64,000 bases of DNA from an uncultured Spirochaetota bacterium. Its GTDB lineage: Bacteria > Spirochaetota > Spirochaetia > SZUA-6 > Fen-1364. Below, one piece after another: positions 8,863-20,807 of the stretch (positions are counted from its first letter, which is position 1; every line of letters begins with the position of its first letter). A program made the translations under genes and the position numbers. The stretch is taken from assembly GCA_963820525.1 (NCBI GenBank), contig CAWGAA010000002.1, positions 160,001 through 224,000 of the forward strand, read 5' to 3'. The notes under the pieces were generated by a model. That model saw only the letters and a list, made by a program, of their open reading frames with translations, searched no databases and was not told the DNA's origin.

Positions 8863-10320
8863 TCAGGGTGCGCCGCGGGTCGATCCGGGGCGCCGCCCCT
8901 CGCGAGCCTCCGGCGCCTTCTCGCCCGCGGTCAGCAAGAGAACTGTCTGTTTGAACTTCCGTCCGCGGTCGAACTCGTTCTGAAACATGCCGAAGGACGT
9001 GCAGCCGGGGGAGAAGAGGATTGAAACCCCCTCGCGGGCGCGGGATAAGGCCGCCGACACGGCCGGTGAAAGCTCGGTGAACGGCCCTTCGTAGTGAATA
9101 CTCCGGGAGTCCAGGACACGCCGGAGCTTTTCAGTTCCCGTGCCGGCCAGGAGGATGATGGCCTCGGGCTTTTCAGCAACCTCAGAAAGCGGAGAAAAGT
9201 CGATGTTCTTGTCCGTGCCGCCCGTTATCAGCACCACGGGAGGCTCCAGGGCCTTGAGCGCCTGGACCGTGGCGTGGGGAATCGTCGCGGCGGAATCGTT
9301 GTAGATCCGGGCTCCCTTCCATGTGTGAAACATCTCAAGGCGGTGCTCGACGCCGGGGAACTCGGCGAGCGCCCTGCGGATAACTTCAGCCTTCACGCCG
9401 TAGAGGCTCAAGACCACGGCCGCGCAGAGGAGGTTCGATCGGTTGTGAGCCCCCGGGATTCGTGACTCCGCCAGTACTGTCTTGACGGGTCCTGTCTCGC
9501 TCAGCCGCACCACGCCTGTTTCCCCGGAAAGCCATCCGCCCAAAACGCCGTCGGGAAGAGCGTTCTCTGAATGGAAGAAACTGCGCGCATCCGTCTGCCT
9601 GGGAAAATCCTTCTGCCACGGATCGTCGAGATTGAATACGGCGAATGACCTGCGGCCCTGCTCCTGGAAGATCGCCTTTTTGTCCTCCACGTACTCGTTC
9701 ATGCCGGGATACTTGTCCAGGTGATCGGGGAGGATGACGGTGAACGCCGAAATCAAGGGCTTGATGAGGCCGCGGCCCTTCAGGTCCCCCAGCTGCCAGG
9801 AGGAGAGCTCCAGCACCACGGGAGACCGGGGATCGAGATCGTCGAGAAACGAAAGCGGGGAGACGGTGATGTTCCCGCCCAAACGGGCATTCGGGTCGAT
9901 AAGCTTCAGGGCGAAATGGATCGCGGATGCCGTGGTCGATTTTCCCTTGGAGCCGGTCACGGCAAGGATGGGGTTGGAGGCGAGGGAGAGGAAAACGGAA
10001 AGGTCCGTCTCCACGCTCACCCCCCGCGATCGGGCGGCCTGGAGGTAGGGCGAAGCCGTGGGCACGGCGGGGTTCTTGATGACCATGTCCGTCTCGATGA
10101 AATCCCGCTCTTCATGTTTTTCCAGGACGTAGCGGATGGGAAGCCCGGCCAGTGCTTCGATGGAGCTCGCCAGAGCCTCGCGCGTGCGCAGGTCTGTAAC
10201 CGTCACCGCGGCGCCGCGCCGCGCGAAATAGAGGGCGGATGCGAGGCCTCCCCCGTTTATTCCCAGGCCCATGACGGTGACCCTCATGCCCGGTATTCCG
10301 GAGGCGTCAATCTTGGACAC
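8863..10320 (-). CDS. murD: UDP-N-acetylmuramoyl-L-alanine--D-glutamate ligase
   Basis: VMGLGINGG, AVTGSKGKSTT, ELSSWQL, PDHLD, EHRLE, YNDSAAT, FSPGCTSF. Confidence 0.93.
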   Translation of the reverse strand: MSKIDASGIPGMRVTVMGLGINGGGLASALYFARRGAAVTVTDLRTREALASSIEALAGLPIRYVLEKHEERDFIETDMVIKNPAVPTASPYLQAARSRGVSVETDLSVFLSLASNPILAVTGSKGKSTTASAIHFALKLIDPNARLGGNITVSPLSFLDDLDPRSPVVLELSSWQLGDLKGRGLIKPLISAFTVILPDHLDKYPGMNEYVEDKKAIFQEQGRRSFAVFNLDDPWQKDFPRQTDARSFFHSENALPDGVLGGWLSGETGVVRLSETGPVKTVLAESRIPGAHNRSNLLCAAVVLSLYGVKAEVIRRALAEFPGVEHRLEMFHTWKGARIYNDSAATIPHATVQALKALEPPVVLITGGTDKNIDFSPLSEVAEKPEAIILLAGTGTEKLRRVLDSRSIHYEGPFTELSPAVSAALSRAREGVSILFSPGCTSFGMFQNEFDRGRKFKQTVLLLTAGEKAPEAREGRRPGSTRGAP

Positions 10321-11251
10321 TGAACTCCCTTTGTTCGGCCTCGTTGAGGTAGGCCTCCACCCGAAGCCTCTCCCACGGAGCGTACCAGGCCTCGGGGACT
10401 TTCGCCTTCAAATCGAGAAAGAACTTCATCTCCTCGGAGAAGCTGGTATTCTTCATCACCGCCTGGACCGTGTCGATGGTGGGAAGGAGAAACCGAACCG
10501 CGCGGTGGAGCTGGGGGATGACCCCCTTGCGCTCCTCGGGCCCCAGGTCGATGACGGACTGGCAGACGGTTTTGTACTTGCAGAGGTAGGGATAGAAGGG
10601 ATAGGTCTTCTTTCCCTTGGGGAGGAAGAGCTTGCTGAAGAACTTGGTGAGGTCCATGTCGATCCAGATTCCCTGAACGAAATACCCGCGGCCCTGCTCT
10701 CCGATCCAGGTCTGGGAGATCGTCTGCTTGATCCGGAAGGACTTCACTTTCCCCTCCACGCGGATAACCTCGTCGAGCGGGATCACCACCGCCTCCAGGA
10801 AGAGCTTCCGCGAGCGGTAGAGGGAGGTCATGTCGTTGGTGCCGCGCTCGATGACCACGCCCTCGGACGGCTTCAGCATGAGGTCCAGCCTGAGCAGGTA
10901 GAGGTAGAAGCATTCTTCCAGGCGGTAGATCTTGAAGAAGCTGGGCCTGAGGATCTCCGCCGGGTCGAAGAAGTAGGCGAGGTCATTCAATGCCTGCGGA
11001 GCGAGCCTGACCACCTGCGCGATCACGTTGATGAGGTTCCCCAGGTAGACCTTGTCCGGCTGCGCCACGCGCACGTCGTGGTGGATGGGGAAATGGGGCA
11101 CCACCAGATCGCCCTGCAGCTTGAGGAAGAACTCCTCGTCCTGGCTGAAGTGCCGTGTGATCGGGTTCGAGGCGTCCCCGATCGATTCGAGGAGCGCATT
11201 GATCTCCCGATCAGAGTATCCGAGACGTATCTCGTTGGCGATTTGCTCCAC
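10307..11251 (-). CDS. hypothetical protein (start uncertain)
   Basis: long ORF with genome-typical codon bias; overlaps the murD start. Confidence 0.7.
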   Translation of the reverse strand: MEQIANEIRLGYSDREINALLESIGDASNPITRHFSQDEEFFLKLQGDLVVPHFPIHHDVRVAQPDKVYLGNLINVIAQVVRLAPQALNDLAYFFDPAEILRPSFFKIYRLEECFYLYLLRLDLMLKPSEGVVIERGTNDMTSLYRSRKLFLEAVVIPLDEVIRVEGKVKSFRIKQTISQTWIGEQGRGYFVQGIWIDMDLTKFFSKLFLPKGKKTYPFYPYLCKYKTVCQSVIDLGPEERKGVIPQLHRAVRFLLPTIDTVQAVMKNTSFSEEMKFFLDLKAKVPEAWYAPWERLRVEAYLNEAEQREFSVQD

Positions 11252-11425
11252 CGTGGGGTATTTAAGCCGAAATAGGCCGTTCGCGCAACCTGAGTTCAGC
11301 GGCCGGCTGGAGGCGAGATGGCACGGCCAGCGGGGCCTGGGCAGTGAGGGCCGGCCCGGTTCGCTCGAAAAGCCGCCGCAGGGCTTCTCCACGGGCGGAC
11401 CAAGGCCGGCGGGCGCAAGCCGGCC

Positions 11426-13387
11426 CTAGCCTCCCAGCTGCTTGGGGCTCACCACCGGCCCGAACTTCTCCTTCAGGGCCAAAAGCCCCTTCTTCTGCTC
11501 CTCGTAGACTTCCAGGATCCGCGGCGGAAGCTTTTTCTCCTTCTTATAGGCGTCTTCCTGGAGCTGGATGCGGGAGACGATGTTGTCGATGTAGAAGGAG
11601 AACTGCCTGTCATAGAGCTCCCGCGGATATTCCTTGTTCACGAGGCCCGTGAACAGGGCCGCCAGATCCTCGTATCTCGGGATGAAGCCGATGGGGGCGT
11701 CGATGGCCGATACCTCGCCATGCGCCATGCGCTCCAGCCAGGAAAGCCAGACCTTCACGTCTCGCTTCTCTCCCAGGAGCTTCGTCGTGTCCCCGCCGCG
11801 TGCGCAGTCCATGAGGAAGTAGTTGAGGCCCGCCATAAGGGGCCTGCCGCCGGCGGAGAACTTCTTCGAGTTGAAGAACTGGAACTGGGCCTCCATGTAA
11901 TCCCCCAGAGGGCAGGGGATGAAAGGGGAGTTGGCCCACGGCTGCCGGTTCACTCCCTTGGCGCCCACTTCCGTGGCGGTAGCGGCGGAGAGGATTGAAG
12001 CGCCGATGACGACTCCATGGTCGGGATTCTTTGCCACCCAGACCGGGGGCATGGTGTCGCTGTCGCGGCCGCTGTAGGTGATCACCTTGATGGGCACTCC
12101 CGCCGGATCATTGCCGTACTTCCCGTTGTGGTTGCCGATCGCCTCATTGGAAAGGGTGATCCGCGCGTTGGGATTGGAGATGGGCACCGGCTTTCCGTTT
12201 GCGTCGGTCTTGCCCGGCCACCACTCCCCCTGGAAGTTCCTGCCCTTCTGCGGCACGGGCTCGCCGCTGCCTTTCCAATGTGGCACCCTGTTCTCGTCCA
12301 CCAGGACGTTCGACCAGATGACCTCGGTGCACTCCCGGCGCAGGCACTTGTAGAGGAAGGGGTCCCCCTCCTTGTTCAGGTCTTCCACGATTCCGAATAT
12401 GCCGATCTCGGGGTTCACGGCGCGAAGGGTGCCGTCCCGGCCTATCCACATCTGCGCCAGGTCGTCGCCGATATAATCAGAGCCCACCATTGCGGTGGTG
12501 GTCTTGCCGCATCCCGAAGGGGCGGCTCCTGCGAAGAAGGTCTTCCTGCCGCCGGGTCCCGTCATGCCGGTGATGAACATGTGCTCGGAGAGCTCCTTCT
12601 CCCGGCGGTAATACGTGCAGAGGTCCACGGCGAAGCGGTGGTTTCCCTTCTTGAGCATCAGGGTGTTTCCCGCATAGGTGCAGTACATGCTGAAGGTGGT
12701 GAACCAGCTCCTGTCCATGAAGATCCGCGCCTTCGAGATGTCCTCTGACCGGTTGGTACCCTGGCTGTGCACGTTCGTGAAGAACACCCCGGCGCGCTTC
12801 GCCTCGGCGTCGAACTTCTCGTAGACGTCTCGGTAGAGGATGTTGGCGCTGTGAAGCACGTAGGCGGAGCTGGAGATCATCAGGCCGGGGATGGCGGCCT
12901 GGGCTCCGATGGGCCCGCGGTTGTAGAAGCCGACAAGCATCGTCTTTCCCCGCATGATCCCGCCCATCGTCTCCTTGATGTAGGCCATGGCCTCGGCGCG
13001 GATCATCTTCTTGGCCAGGACGCTCACCTCTTCATCTTCGTTGGCGATGTAGAAGGTCTGGTCCACCATGCGGCCCTGGTCCTCGGGCAGGTCGAAATGG
13101 ATGGTGTGGTCCTTCATGGCGAGGGGGGATTCTTCCCCGTTCGCCAGGCTCATCCGGCGGCAGGCGGCGATGTCCTCCGGCGAGCCGCTCACCACGAACA
13201 CGCGCTCCGGGCGGCACATGGCGATCGCATTGGCGATCTTCAACAGCGCCTCCGGGTTCTTGATCCGTTCGAGCTTCTTTCGGTTCTCGGCATCGAGTGC
13301 AGTTTCGAAGACCTTCCTGGCGTCGGATGCGGTTTTGACGCCTCCTGCCTCGCACAGGATGTCGACACCCTTCTTCAGCTCCAGCAT
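11426..13387 (-). CDS. pckG: phosphoenolpyruvate carboxykinase (GTP)
   Basis: YAGNTL, SEHM, GAAPSGCGKT, IGDDLA, NPEIGIFG, SNPNAR. Confidence 0.93.
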   Translation of the reverse strand: MLELKKGVDILCEAGGVKTASDARKVFETALDAENRKKLERIKNPEALLKIANAIAMCRPERVFVVSGSPEDIAACRRMSLANGEESPLAMKDHTIHFDLPEDQGRMVDQTFYIANEDEEVSVLAKKMIRAEAMAYIKETMGGIMRGKTMLVGFYNRGPIGAQAAIPGLMISSSAYVLHSANILYRDVYEKFDAEAKRAGVFFTNVHSQGTNRSEDISKARIFMDRSWFTTFSMYCTYAGNTLMLKKGNHRFAVDLCTYYRREKELSEHMFITGMTGPGGRKTFFAGAAPSGCGKTTTAMVGSDYIGDDLAQMWIGRDGTLRAVNPEIGIFGIVEDLNKEGDPFLYKCLRRECTEVIWSNVLVDENRVPHWKGSGEPVPQKGRNFQGEWWPGKTDANGKPVPISNPNARITLSNEAIGNHNGKYGNDPAGVPIKVITYSGRDSDTMPPVWVAKNPDHGVVIGASILSAATATEVGAKGVNRQPWANSPFIPCPLGDYMEAQFQFFNSKKFSAGGRPLMAGLNYFLMDCARGGDTTKLLGEKRDVKVWLSWLERMAHGEVSAIDAPIGFIPRYEDLAALFTGLVNKEYPRELYDRQFSFYIDNIVSRIQLQEDAYKKEKKLPPRILEVYEEQKKGLLALKEKFGPVVSPKQLGG

Positions 13388-13485
13388 AAGCCTCCCTTTG
13401 AGCAGACCGAATCATCAGAGCCGGCCTCTGCATATTTATGCGTTTCGGTTATAAATACCCGAAAGGGAGGAATCTGTCAATCGCT

Positions 13486-13827
13486 CTAGCCGATCGCCGC
13501 CTTCCCCGTTTCTCCGCTTCTGATGCGGATGCATTGCGCGAGGTCCACGACGAAGATCTTGCCGTCTCCGATGGCTCCTGTCCGGGCTCCCTTGATTATG
13601 CCATCTATCGCGGGTTGGACAAAGGCGTCATTCACCGCGATTTCCAGGCGCACCTTTCTCAGCAGTGCGCCGGCTTCCTTCACCCCGCGGTAGACCTCGG
13701 TGATTCCCTTCTGGCGGCCGCAGCCCAGGACGTTGGACACCGTCTTGAGGTAGATCTGGCGGAGATCGAGCTCCCGCCGGACGTCATTGAGTGCGTGCGG
13801 CTGGATGACGGCAATGATCAACTTCAT
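13486..13827 (-). CDS. glnK: P-II nitrogen regulatory protein (copy 2)
   Basis: [32 protein letters not shown]. Confidence 0.92.
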   Translation of the reverse strand: MKLIIAVIQPHALNDVRRELDLRQIYLKTVSNVLGCGRQKGITEVYRGVKEAGALLRKVRLEIAVNDAFVQPAIDGIIKGARTGAIGDGKIFVVDLAQCIRIRSGETGKAAIG

Positions 13828-13930
13828 ATACTTTCCCGTAAGATGATGATGAGGCAGCGGCGGATGATGGGTCTATGATCGCCGGGGAATCGTCCCCGGG
13901 CGGCCACCACCGCCGGCCTCACATCTTCAG

Positions 13931-14272
13931 CTATCCGATGGCCACTTTTCCCGTCTCTCCGCTCCTGATGCGGATGCACTCCGCCAGGTCCACGACGAAG
14001 ATCTTGCCATCCCCGATGCTGCCGCTGCGGGCGGCCTTGACGATTGCATCGATTGTCGGCTTGACGAACTCCTCATTGACCGCGATTTCGAGGCGTATCT
14101 TCTTCAGAAGGTTTCCGGCCTCCTTCACCCCGCGGTAGACCTCGGTGACGCCCTTCTGGCGGCCGCAGCCCAGGACGTTGGACACCGTTTTGAGGTAGAT
14201 CTTCTTCTCGTCGAGCTCCTTGAGCACGTCGTCGAGCTTGTGCGGCTGGATGATTGCGATGATGAGTTTCAC
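13931..14272 (-). CDS. glnK: P-II nitrogen regulatory protein (copy 1)
   Basis: same PII motifs; directly downstream of amtB. Confidence 0.92.
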   Translation of the reverse strand: MKLIIAIIQPHKLDDVLKELDEKKIYLKTVSNVLGCGRQKGVTEVYRGVKEAGNLLKKIRLEIAVNEEFVKPTIDAIVKAARSGSIGDGKIFVVDLAECIRIRSGETGKVAIG

Positions 14273-14286
14273 TCCCCTGTCTCCTT

Positions 14287-15528
14287 TCAGTCGATGAGCG
14301 TGTAGGCGCTCTCTTTGTGCTGAGTGTTGTCGAGCCCGATCGCTTCATCCACGTCGCGGACGCGAAGGCCCATGAGCTTGTCCAGGACCTTGACCAGGAT
14401 GAAGGTCACGACGACCGCGTAGCCGATCGTGGCCGCGACGGCGATAGCTTGAATCCCCAGCTGGGCGGCGTTCCCGTAGAACAGCCCGTCGGCCCCCGCG
14501 GGGTTGATGAGCTTTGTGGCGAAAAGGCCTGTGGCGAGGGCACCGACGGTGCCTCCCACGCCATGCACGCCGAACGCGTCCAGGGAGTCGTCATAGCCCA
14601 GCCTCTGCTTGATTATGGCAACCGCTGTGTAGCAGACCGCCGCCACGAGCACGCCGATCGCGATTGCCGCCAGAGGCGTGACAAAACCGGCCGCCGGGGT
14701 GATGGCCACGAGGCCGGCCACGGCCCCTGTCGCCCCTCCCAGAACCGTGGGCTTCTTGTTTACCAGCCATTCAATCGCGATCCATCCGAGAGCGGCCGCC
14801 GCCGCGGCGGTATTGGTGTTGATGAACGCGCTCACGGCAAGCCCGTTGGCGGCCAGCGCGCTTCCCGAATTGAAGCCGAACCAGCCGAACCAGAGCATCG
14901 CGGCCCCGATCAGGGTGTAGGTCATGTTGTGGGGAGGAGGCGACTGAGTCGGATATCCGATGCGCTTGCCGATTGCCAGGGCGAAGACCAGCGCGGATAC
15001 GCCGGATGAGATGTGCACCACGGTGCCGCCGGCAAAGTCGAGAGCGCCCAGGTTGCGAAGCCATCCGCCCGCTCCCCAGACCCAATGAGCAATCGGATCG
15101 TAGACCAGGGTAGCCCACAGGAGAGCGAACACGACAAAGGTCGGGAACCTCACCCTCTCGGCAAAAGCCCCCGTGATGAGGGCCGGGGTGATGACGGCGA
15201 ACATCATCTGAAAGATCATGAAGAGCTGGTGGGGGATCGTCGCTGCGTAGTCCGGGTTGGGCGTCAGTGCGACGTCCTTGAGGCCGAGCCAGGCCAGGTT
15301 GCCGATGACGTGACCGGCGTCGGGACCGAATGCGAGGCTGTAGCCCCAGAGAATCCATTGGATGCTGATCACGCACAGGAGGAAGAACGACTGCATCATT
15401 GTTGACAGCACGTTTTTCCTCCTCACGAGGCCGCCGTAGAACAGCGCCAGCCCCGGTGCGGTCATGAACATGACAAGGGCCGTCGAAATGAGGACCCAGG
15501 CCGTGTCGCCGAAGTTGATCGCCTGCAT
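14287..15528 (-). CDS. amtB: ammonium transporter
   Basis: [43 protein letters not shown]. Confidence 0.96.
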   Translation of the reverse strand: MQAINFGDTAWVLISTALVMFMTAPGLALFYGGLVRRKNVLSTMMQSFFLLCVISIQWILWGYSLAFGPDAGHVIGNLAWLGLKDVALTPNPDYAATIPHQLFMIFQMMFAVITPALITGAFAERVRFPTFVVFALLWATLVYDPIAHWVWGAGGWLRNLGALDFAGGTVVHISSGVSALVFALAIGKRIGYPTQSPPPHNMTYTLIGAAMLWFGWFGFNSGSALAANGLAVSAFINTNTAAAAAALGWIAIEWLVNKKPTVLGGATGAVAGLVAITPAAGFVTPLAAIAIGVLVAAVCYTAVAIIKQRLGYDDSLDAFGVHGVGGTVGALATGLFATKLINPAGADGLFYGNAAQLGIQAIAVAATIGYAVVVTFILVKVLDKLMGLRVRDVDEAIGLDNTQHKESAYTLID

Positions 15529-15608
15529 CTCTTTATCCTCCGTGAGTGCAAGATTTCAATTGACTCAAAGAGTGCATAAGCACTTTTGGCCACTGATGAA
15601 AATCATAA

Positions 15609-15624
15609 GCAATTTATGTGCCAA
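15609..15624 (-). promoter_or_regulatory. sigma-54 (-24/-12) promoter of amtB-glnK-glnK
   Basis: minus strand reads TTGGCAC-ATAAA-TTGC, a consensus match about 80 nt upstream of amtB. Confidence 0.85.
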
Positions 15625-15779
15625 GAATTCAAGACGCGGCTTTTGTTGCGTAACTCCGATGCTATATAGACTTATGCATATGCGGCTTTGAGTTTGTTGA
15701 TTCTTCGGACTTCAATCGACGGGCCAGACCATACAGGAATGTCGGAATCGGGAAAGAGGGGAGCGCCGGTGAGCTCGGC

Positions 15780-15977
15780 TCAGGCGCGGAAGCTGCGGGC
15801 GTCGATGCCGTACTTTCTCACGCGCAGGCCCATGATCCGCTCCGTTATGCCCAGAGCGGCGGCCGCGGCCGCCATGTTGCCGCGCGATGTCGAAAGCGCA
15901 TCCGTGATCATCTCCCGCTCGACCTTTTCCAGGGCTTCCTTCAAGCTCCTGCGCGGGAATCTTTCGTTCGCCCGCAT
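15780..15977 (-). CDS. stand-alone Fis-type HTH protein (65 aa), paralogous to the C-terminus of the upstream activator
   Basis: RBS GGAGGTGA before the [47 protein letters not shown]. Confidence 0.75.
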   Translation of the reverse strand: MRANERFPRRSLKEALEKVEREMITDALSTSRGNMAAAAAALGITERIMGLRVRKYGIDARSFRA

Positions 15978-16095
15978 TCTTCTCACCTCCGCGAGGACTG
16001 TGTGTCGCGAAGCAGCGGCGCTCCACACCGGGAGCGCCTCCACCCCATTCAATGCATGCAATCAACGTGCCAGGAGGTGAAAAAGCGCGAAAGCT

Positions 16096-17664
<1,569 letters not shown>

Positions 17665-17712
17665 GAACTCCTGCCTCGCTTTCCTACAAAACCGTAACAA
17701 TTAGAATTAAAA

Positions 17713-17728
17713 GCTACATAAATGTAGC
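17713..17728. promoter_or_regulatory. perfect palindrome GCTACAT-AA-ATGTAGC upstream of the activator; putative operator
   Basis: 7-bp arms in an AT-rich intergenic region; related site CTACA-AAAC-CGTAA at 17684-17697. Confidence 0.5.
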
Positions 17729-17903
17729 CGATCCATGACTGGCGGTCAAGGGGGCGCCCTCGGCTCTGCGTCCGTTCGCGCGAAGGCTCGCGGGAGGCGG
17801 CAGTCACGCTTCTCTCCGGGGCGCAAAAGCGCATGGGCGGCGAGCTCGTTCGTCCGGCCGGCAGGCTTGACATCGGCTCCATCTCCCTCGTATAAGTGCC
17901 GGT

Positions 17904-19211
17904 ATGCACCCACTCGCGCAAGAGTTGAACACAACCCTGGCCGGAAGCGTCGTCGAAGCGCTGTTCTCCGACCTTGGCAAACGGATGTACTTCCCGAAGG
18001 GGATCGTCGCGCAATCCGCCGAGGCGAAGAAGCATGCCACGAGGATGAACGCCACCATCGGCATCGCCTACAAGGGCGGCAAACCCATGTCCCTCCCCTC
18101 CATCCGCAATGTCCTGCCCGGCCTGGAAGTCGAGGAGATCTTTCCCTACGCGCCCACCCAGGGGATCGAGCAGTTCCGGGAAGCGTGGAAGAAGGACATC
18201 GAGCTGAAGAACCCCGACCTCGCGGGAAAGACCTTTTCCCTGCCCCTCGTGGTGCCGGGGCTGACGGCCGGGATCGCGACCCTGGCGGACCTGTTCACGG
18301 GCCCGGGCGATGCCGTCGTGCTCCCCGACCTCTGCTGGGACAACTACCCCCTCATCTTCGAGACCCGGCGCGAGGCGCGCATCGCTCCCTTCCCGTTGTT
18401 CAAGACCGATAAAAGCGGAATGGACGTGGAGGGGATGGCGAAGACTCTCCGAGGCGAGGCGAAAAGGAAGGGCAGGATCGTTCTCCTGCTCAACTTCCCC
18501 AACAACCCGACGGGATATTCCCCGACTAAGGCGGAGGCAGCCAGGATCGTATCGGAGCTGGAAAGCCTTGCGCGGTCGGGCGTGCGGATGCTGGTGATAA
18601 CGGACGACGCCTACTTCGGGCTGTTCTACGAAGAGGACACCTACACCCAATCCCTGTTCGCCCCGCTCGCCGCGCTGCATGAAAACATCCTCGCGGCGAA
18701 AATCGACGGCTCCACCAAGGAGCATCTCACCTGGGGATTCCGAACCGGGTTCGTGACCTTCGCCTCCAAGGGCCTTTCGGCCGAGCAGTATGACGCCCTT
18801 ACGCGAAAGCTCATGGGGGCTGTCCGCTCCTCGGCTTCCAACTCCAGCATCCTGGCCCAGAGCGTGATCCTTCGGGCGCTGAAGAGCCCAAGCCTGGCTG
18901 AAGAGAAGGGGGAAGCGTTCCGCATTCTCAAGGAGAGATACCGGCGGTCCCGCGAGATCCTCGCGGGCAGGAAGAGCCAGGCGATCGCGCCTCTTCCCTT
19001 CAATTCGGGCTATTTCATGAGCTTCCAGCTCGCCCGCGGCCGCGCTGAAGACCTGCGCAAGGCGCTTCTCATGCACTCCGGGGTGGGCACCATCGCCATC
19101 GACGAAACGTGCCTTCGGGTCGCCTATTCGAGCGTGGATACCGAGAAGCTGGAAGAGCTCTACGATTTGATCTACGCGGCCGCGGAGAAGGCGCCGGAGA
19201 CCTCTCTCTAG
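17904..19211 (+). CDS. class I/II PLP-dependent aminotransferase
   Basis: NATIG, NFPNNPTGY, DDAY, KIDGSTKE..WGFRTGF. Confidence 0.9.
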   Translation: MHPLAQELNTTLAGSVVEALFSDLGKRMYFPKGIVAQSAEAKKHATRMNATIGIAYKGGKPMSLPSIRNVLPGLEVEEIFPYAPTQGIEQFREAWKKDIELKNPDLAGKTFSLPLVVPGLTAGIATLADLFTGPGDAVVLPDLCWDNYPLIFETRREARIAPFPLFKTDKSGMDVEGMAKTLRGEAKRKGRIVLLLNFPNNPTGYSPTKAEAARIVSELESLARSGVRMLVITDDAYFGLFYEEDTYTQSLFAPLAALHENILAAKIDGSTKEHLTWGFRTGFVTFASKGLSAEQYDALTRKLMGAVRSSASNSSILAQSVILRALKSPSLAEEKGEAFRILKERYRRSREILAGRKSQAIAPLPFNSGYFMSFQLARGRAEDLRKALLMHSGVGTIAIDETCLRVAYSSVDTEKLEELYDLIYAAAEKAPETSL

Positions 19212-19708
19212 GAGGAGATCAGGAAGCGCCCCAGCTCCTTGAGCTCGGGGATCTTGTCGTAGACCGGCGGTTTCTTCCCGTGAGCTTCCCTGTCGAGGCT
19301 CGTCGTCTTGATGTACAGCTCGTTCACCATGTCCGAGAGGATCTCCAGGTTCACGGGGAAGTTCTTCGCCGCCATGTCGCGCAGGACCTTGTCCTGCTCC
19401 GCAGCGCCGCCCATTCCCGGGGAGGAAGATCCCCCGATCATGTTTCGGATGTTGGGAAGCAGCTTCTGCCGCGCCTGGTAGATGAAGTGCGCTGCGGCGA
19501 GAATCATCTCGTAGAGCTCGTCGAACTGGAAACCCTGAGCCTTGTAGTAGTCCGACTTGGTGGTGAGGTTGTCCAGCTTGTCCCATTCTCCCTGGGCCAG
19601 CTCCAGGACGACGATTGCCTTTCGCACGAAGCGGTTGTTGACGTTCGTCTGGTAGTGGTCGCCGATTTTCTCGACGAGCCTGTAAATGTCCGGGTCCTTT
19701 ATCGCCAT
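19208..19708 (-). CDS. hypothetical protein
   Basis: RBS AGGAG, strong codon bias. Confidence 0.75.
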   Translation of the reverse strand: MAIKDPDIYRLVEKIGDHYQTNVNNRFVRKAIVVLELAQGEWDKLDNLTTKSDYYKAQGFQFDELYEMILAAAHFIYQARQKLLPNIRNMIGGSSSPGMGGAAEQDKVLRDMAAKNFPVNLEILSDMVNELYIKTTSLDREAHGKKPPVYDKIPELKELGRFLISS

Positions 19709-19754
19709 CCGCTGATCTCCTGACGCAGCACTGTAACCCGTGGCCGGAGCACGG

Positions 19755-20750
19755 TCAAGGCGCCGGGAATGAGGGGGGATCCGAGGCGCCCGCCCGCCCC
19801 GCTTCCGGCAATCCGGTCTGCCCGCGCCACAGCCTCCCCTGGCTGGTCCCGCGCTCGCGCATCTCGGCTGCCAGCCGCGAAGCGAAGCGCTGCTTGTCCC
19901 AGAAGAATCGGGGCGCCAGGAGCCTCTGGCGCGGGGTGTCGCACGTCAGGCGCATGATGAGGCAGCGGGGCGGGAGGATCTGGAGCACCGCGATGGCATA
20001 TTCAAGGTGCCTCTGCGCGCTGGGCGCGCCTACCTCGCCCTTGAGGAACTCCTCAGCAAGGGGCGCGCCCATCTGAATGTGCAGGTTGTGGATCTTCACC
20101 CCGTCGGGGTCGAGCCGGGCCACGAAGCGCGCCGTCCGCTCGATGTCGGAGATCTCCTCCCCCGGCAGCCCGAGGATGAGGTGGACGGCAACCTTCACCC
20201 CGTGCCGCCTCACCCTGTCAAAAGCCGCCGTGAAATCCGAGGCCGAATGCCCGCGGCCGATCCTGCAGAGCGTCAGGTCGTTGGAGGATTGCAGCCCCAG
20301 CTCGACCCAGACATCGAGGCCGCGGCCGCGGTACGAGCCGAGAAGCGCCGCCTTCTCCTCGTCGATGCAGTCCGGCCTCGTGGAGACGACGAGCTCGCGG
20401 AAAGAGGCCAGCGCGAGAGCTGAATCGTAGATCCGCGCAAGCTCGCCGGCGGGTGCGTTGGTGGCGGAAAAGGCCTGAAAATAGAGGATGAAGGCTTTTG
20501 CCGCGTAGCGGCGCCTGAGGAACCGGATGCCCGTTTCCACCTGGCGTCGGAGGCTTCCTGCATTGCCGAGATACGGAGCGCGCGCTCCGTCTTCGGCGCA
20601 GTACGAGCATCCCGGCCGCGACCTGTCTTCGCGGTTTGGGCAGGAGAAGCCGCCATCCACCGAGACGCGGTAGATGCTGCACCCATAGACGCGCCTGAGG
20701 TAGCGGGAATAGCTGTTGTAGGGAAGCTCCACCATGTTCCGCACCGTCAT
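19755..20750 (-). CDS. radical SAM protein, YhcC/TIGR01212-like
   Basis: GFSCPNR...GCSYC, YFQAFS, TRPDC, VELGLQS, GVKIHNLH. Confidence 0.88.
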   Translation of the reverse strand: MTVRNMVELPYNSYSRYLRRVYGCSIYRVSVDGGFSCPNREDRSRPGCSYCAEDGARAPYLGNAGSLRRQVETGIRFLRRRYAAKAFILYFQAFSATNAPAGELARIYDSALALASFRELVVSTRPDCIDEEKAALLGSYRGRGLDVWVELGLQSSNDLTLCRIGRGHSASDFTAAFDRVRRHGVKVAVHLILGLPGEEISDIERTARFVARLDPDGVKIHNLHIQMGAPLAEEFLKGEVGAPSAQRHLEYAIAVLQILPPRCLIMRLTCDTPRQRLLAPRFFWDKQRFASRLAAEMRERGTSQGRLWRGQTGLPEAGRAGASDPPSFPAP

Positions 20751-20807
20751 GGTAGCAGAATCGCTTCAGGATTGACATCCGGCGCAGGGGCTCCTACAGT
20801 GCGGATC

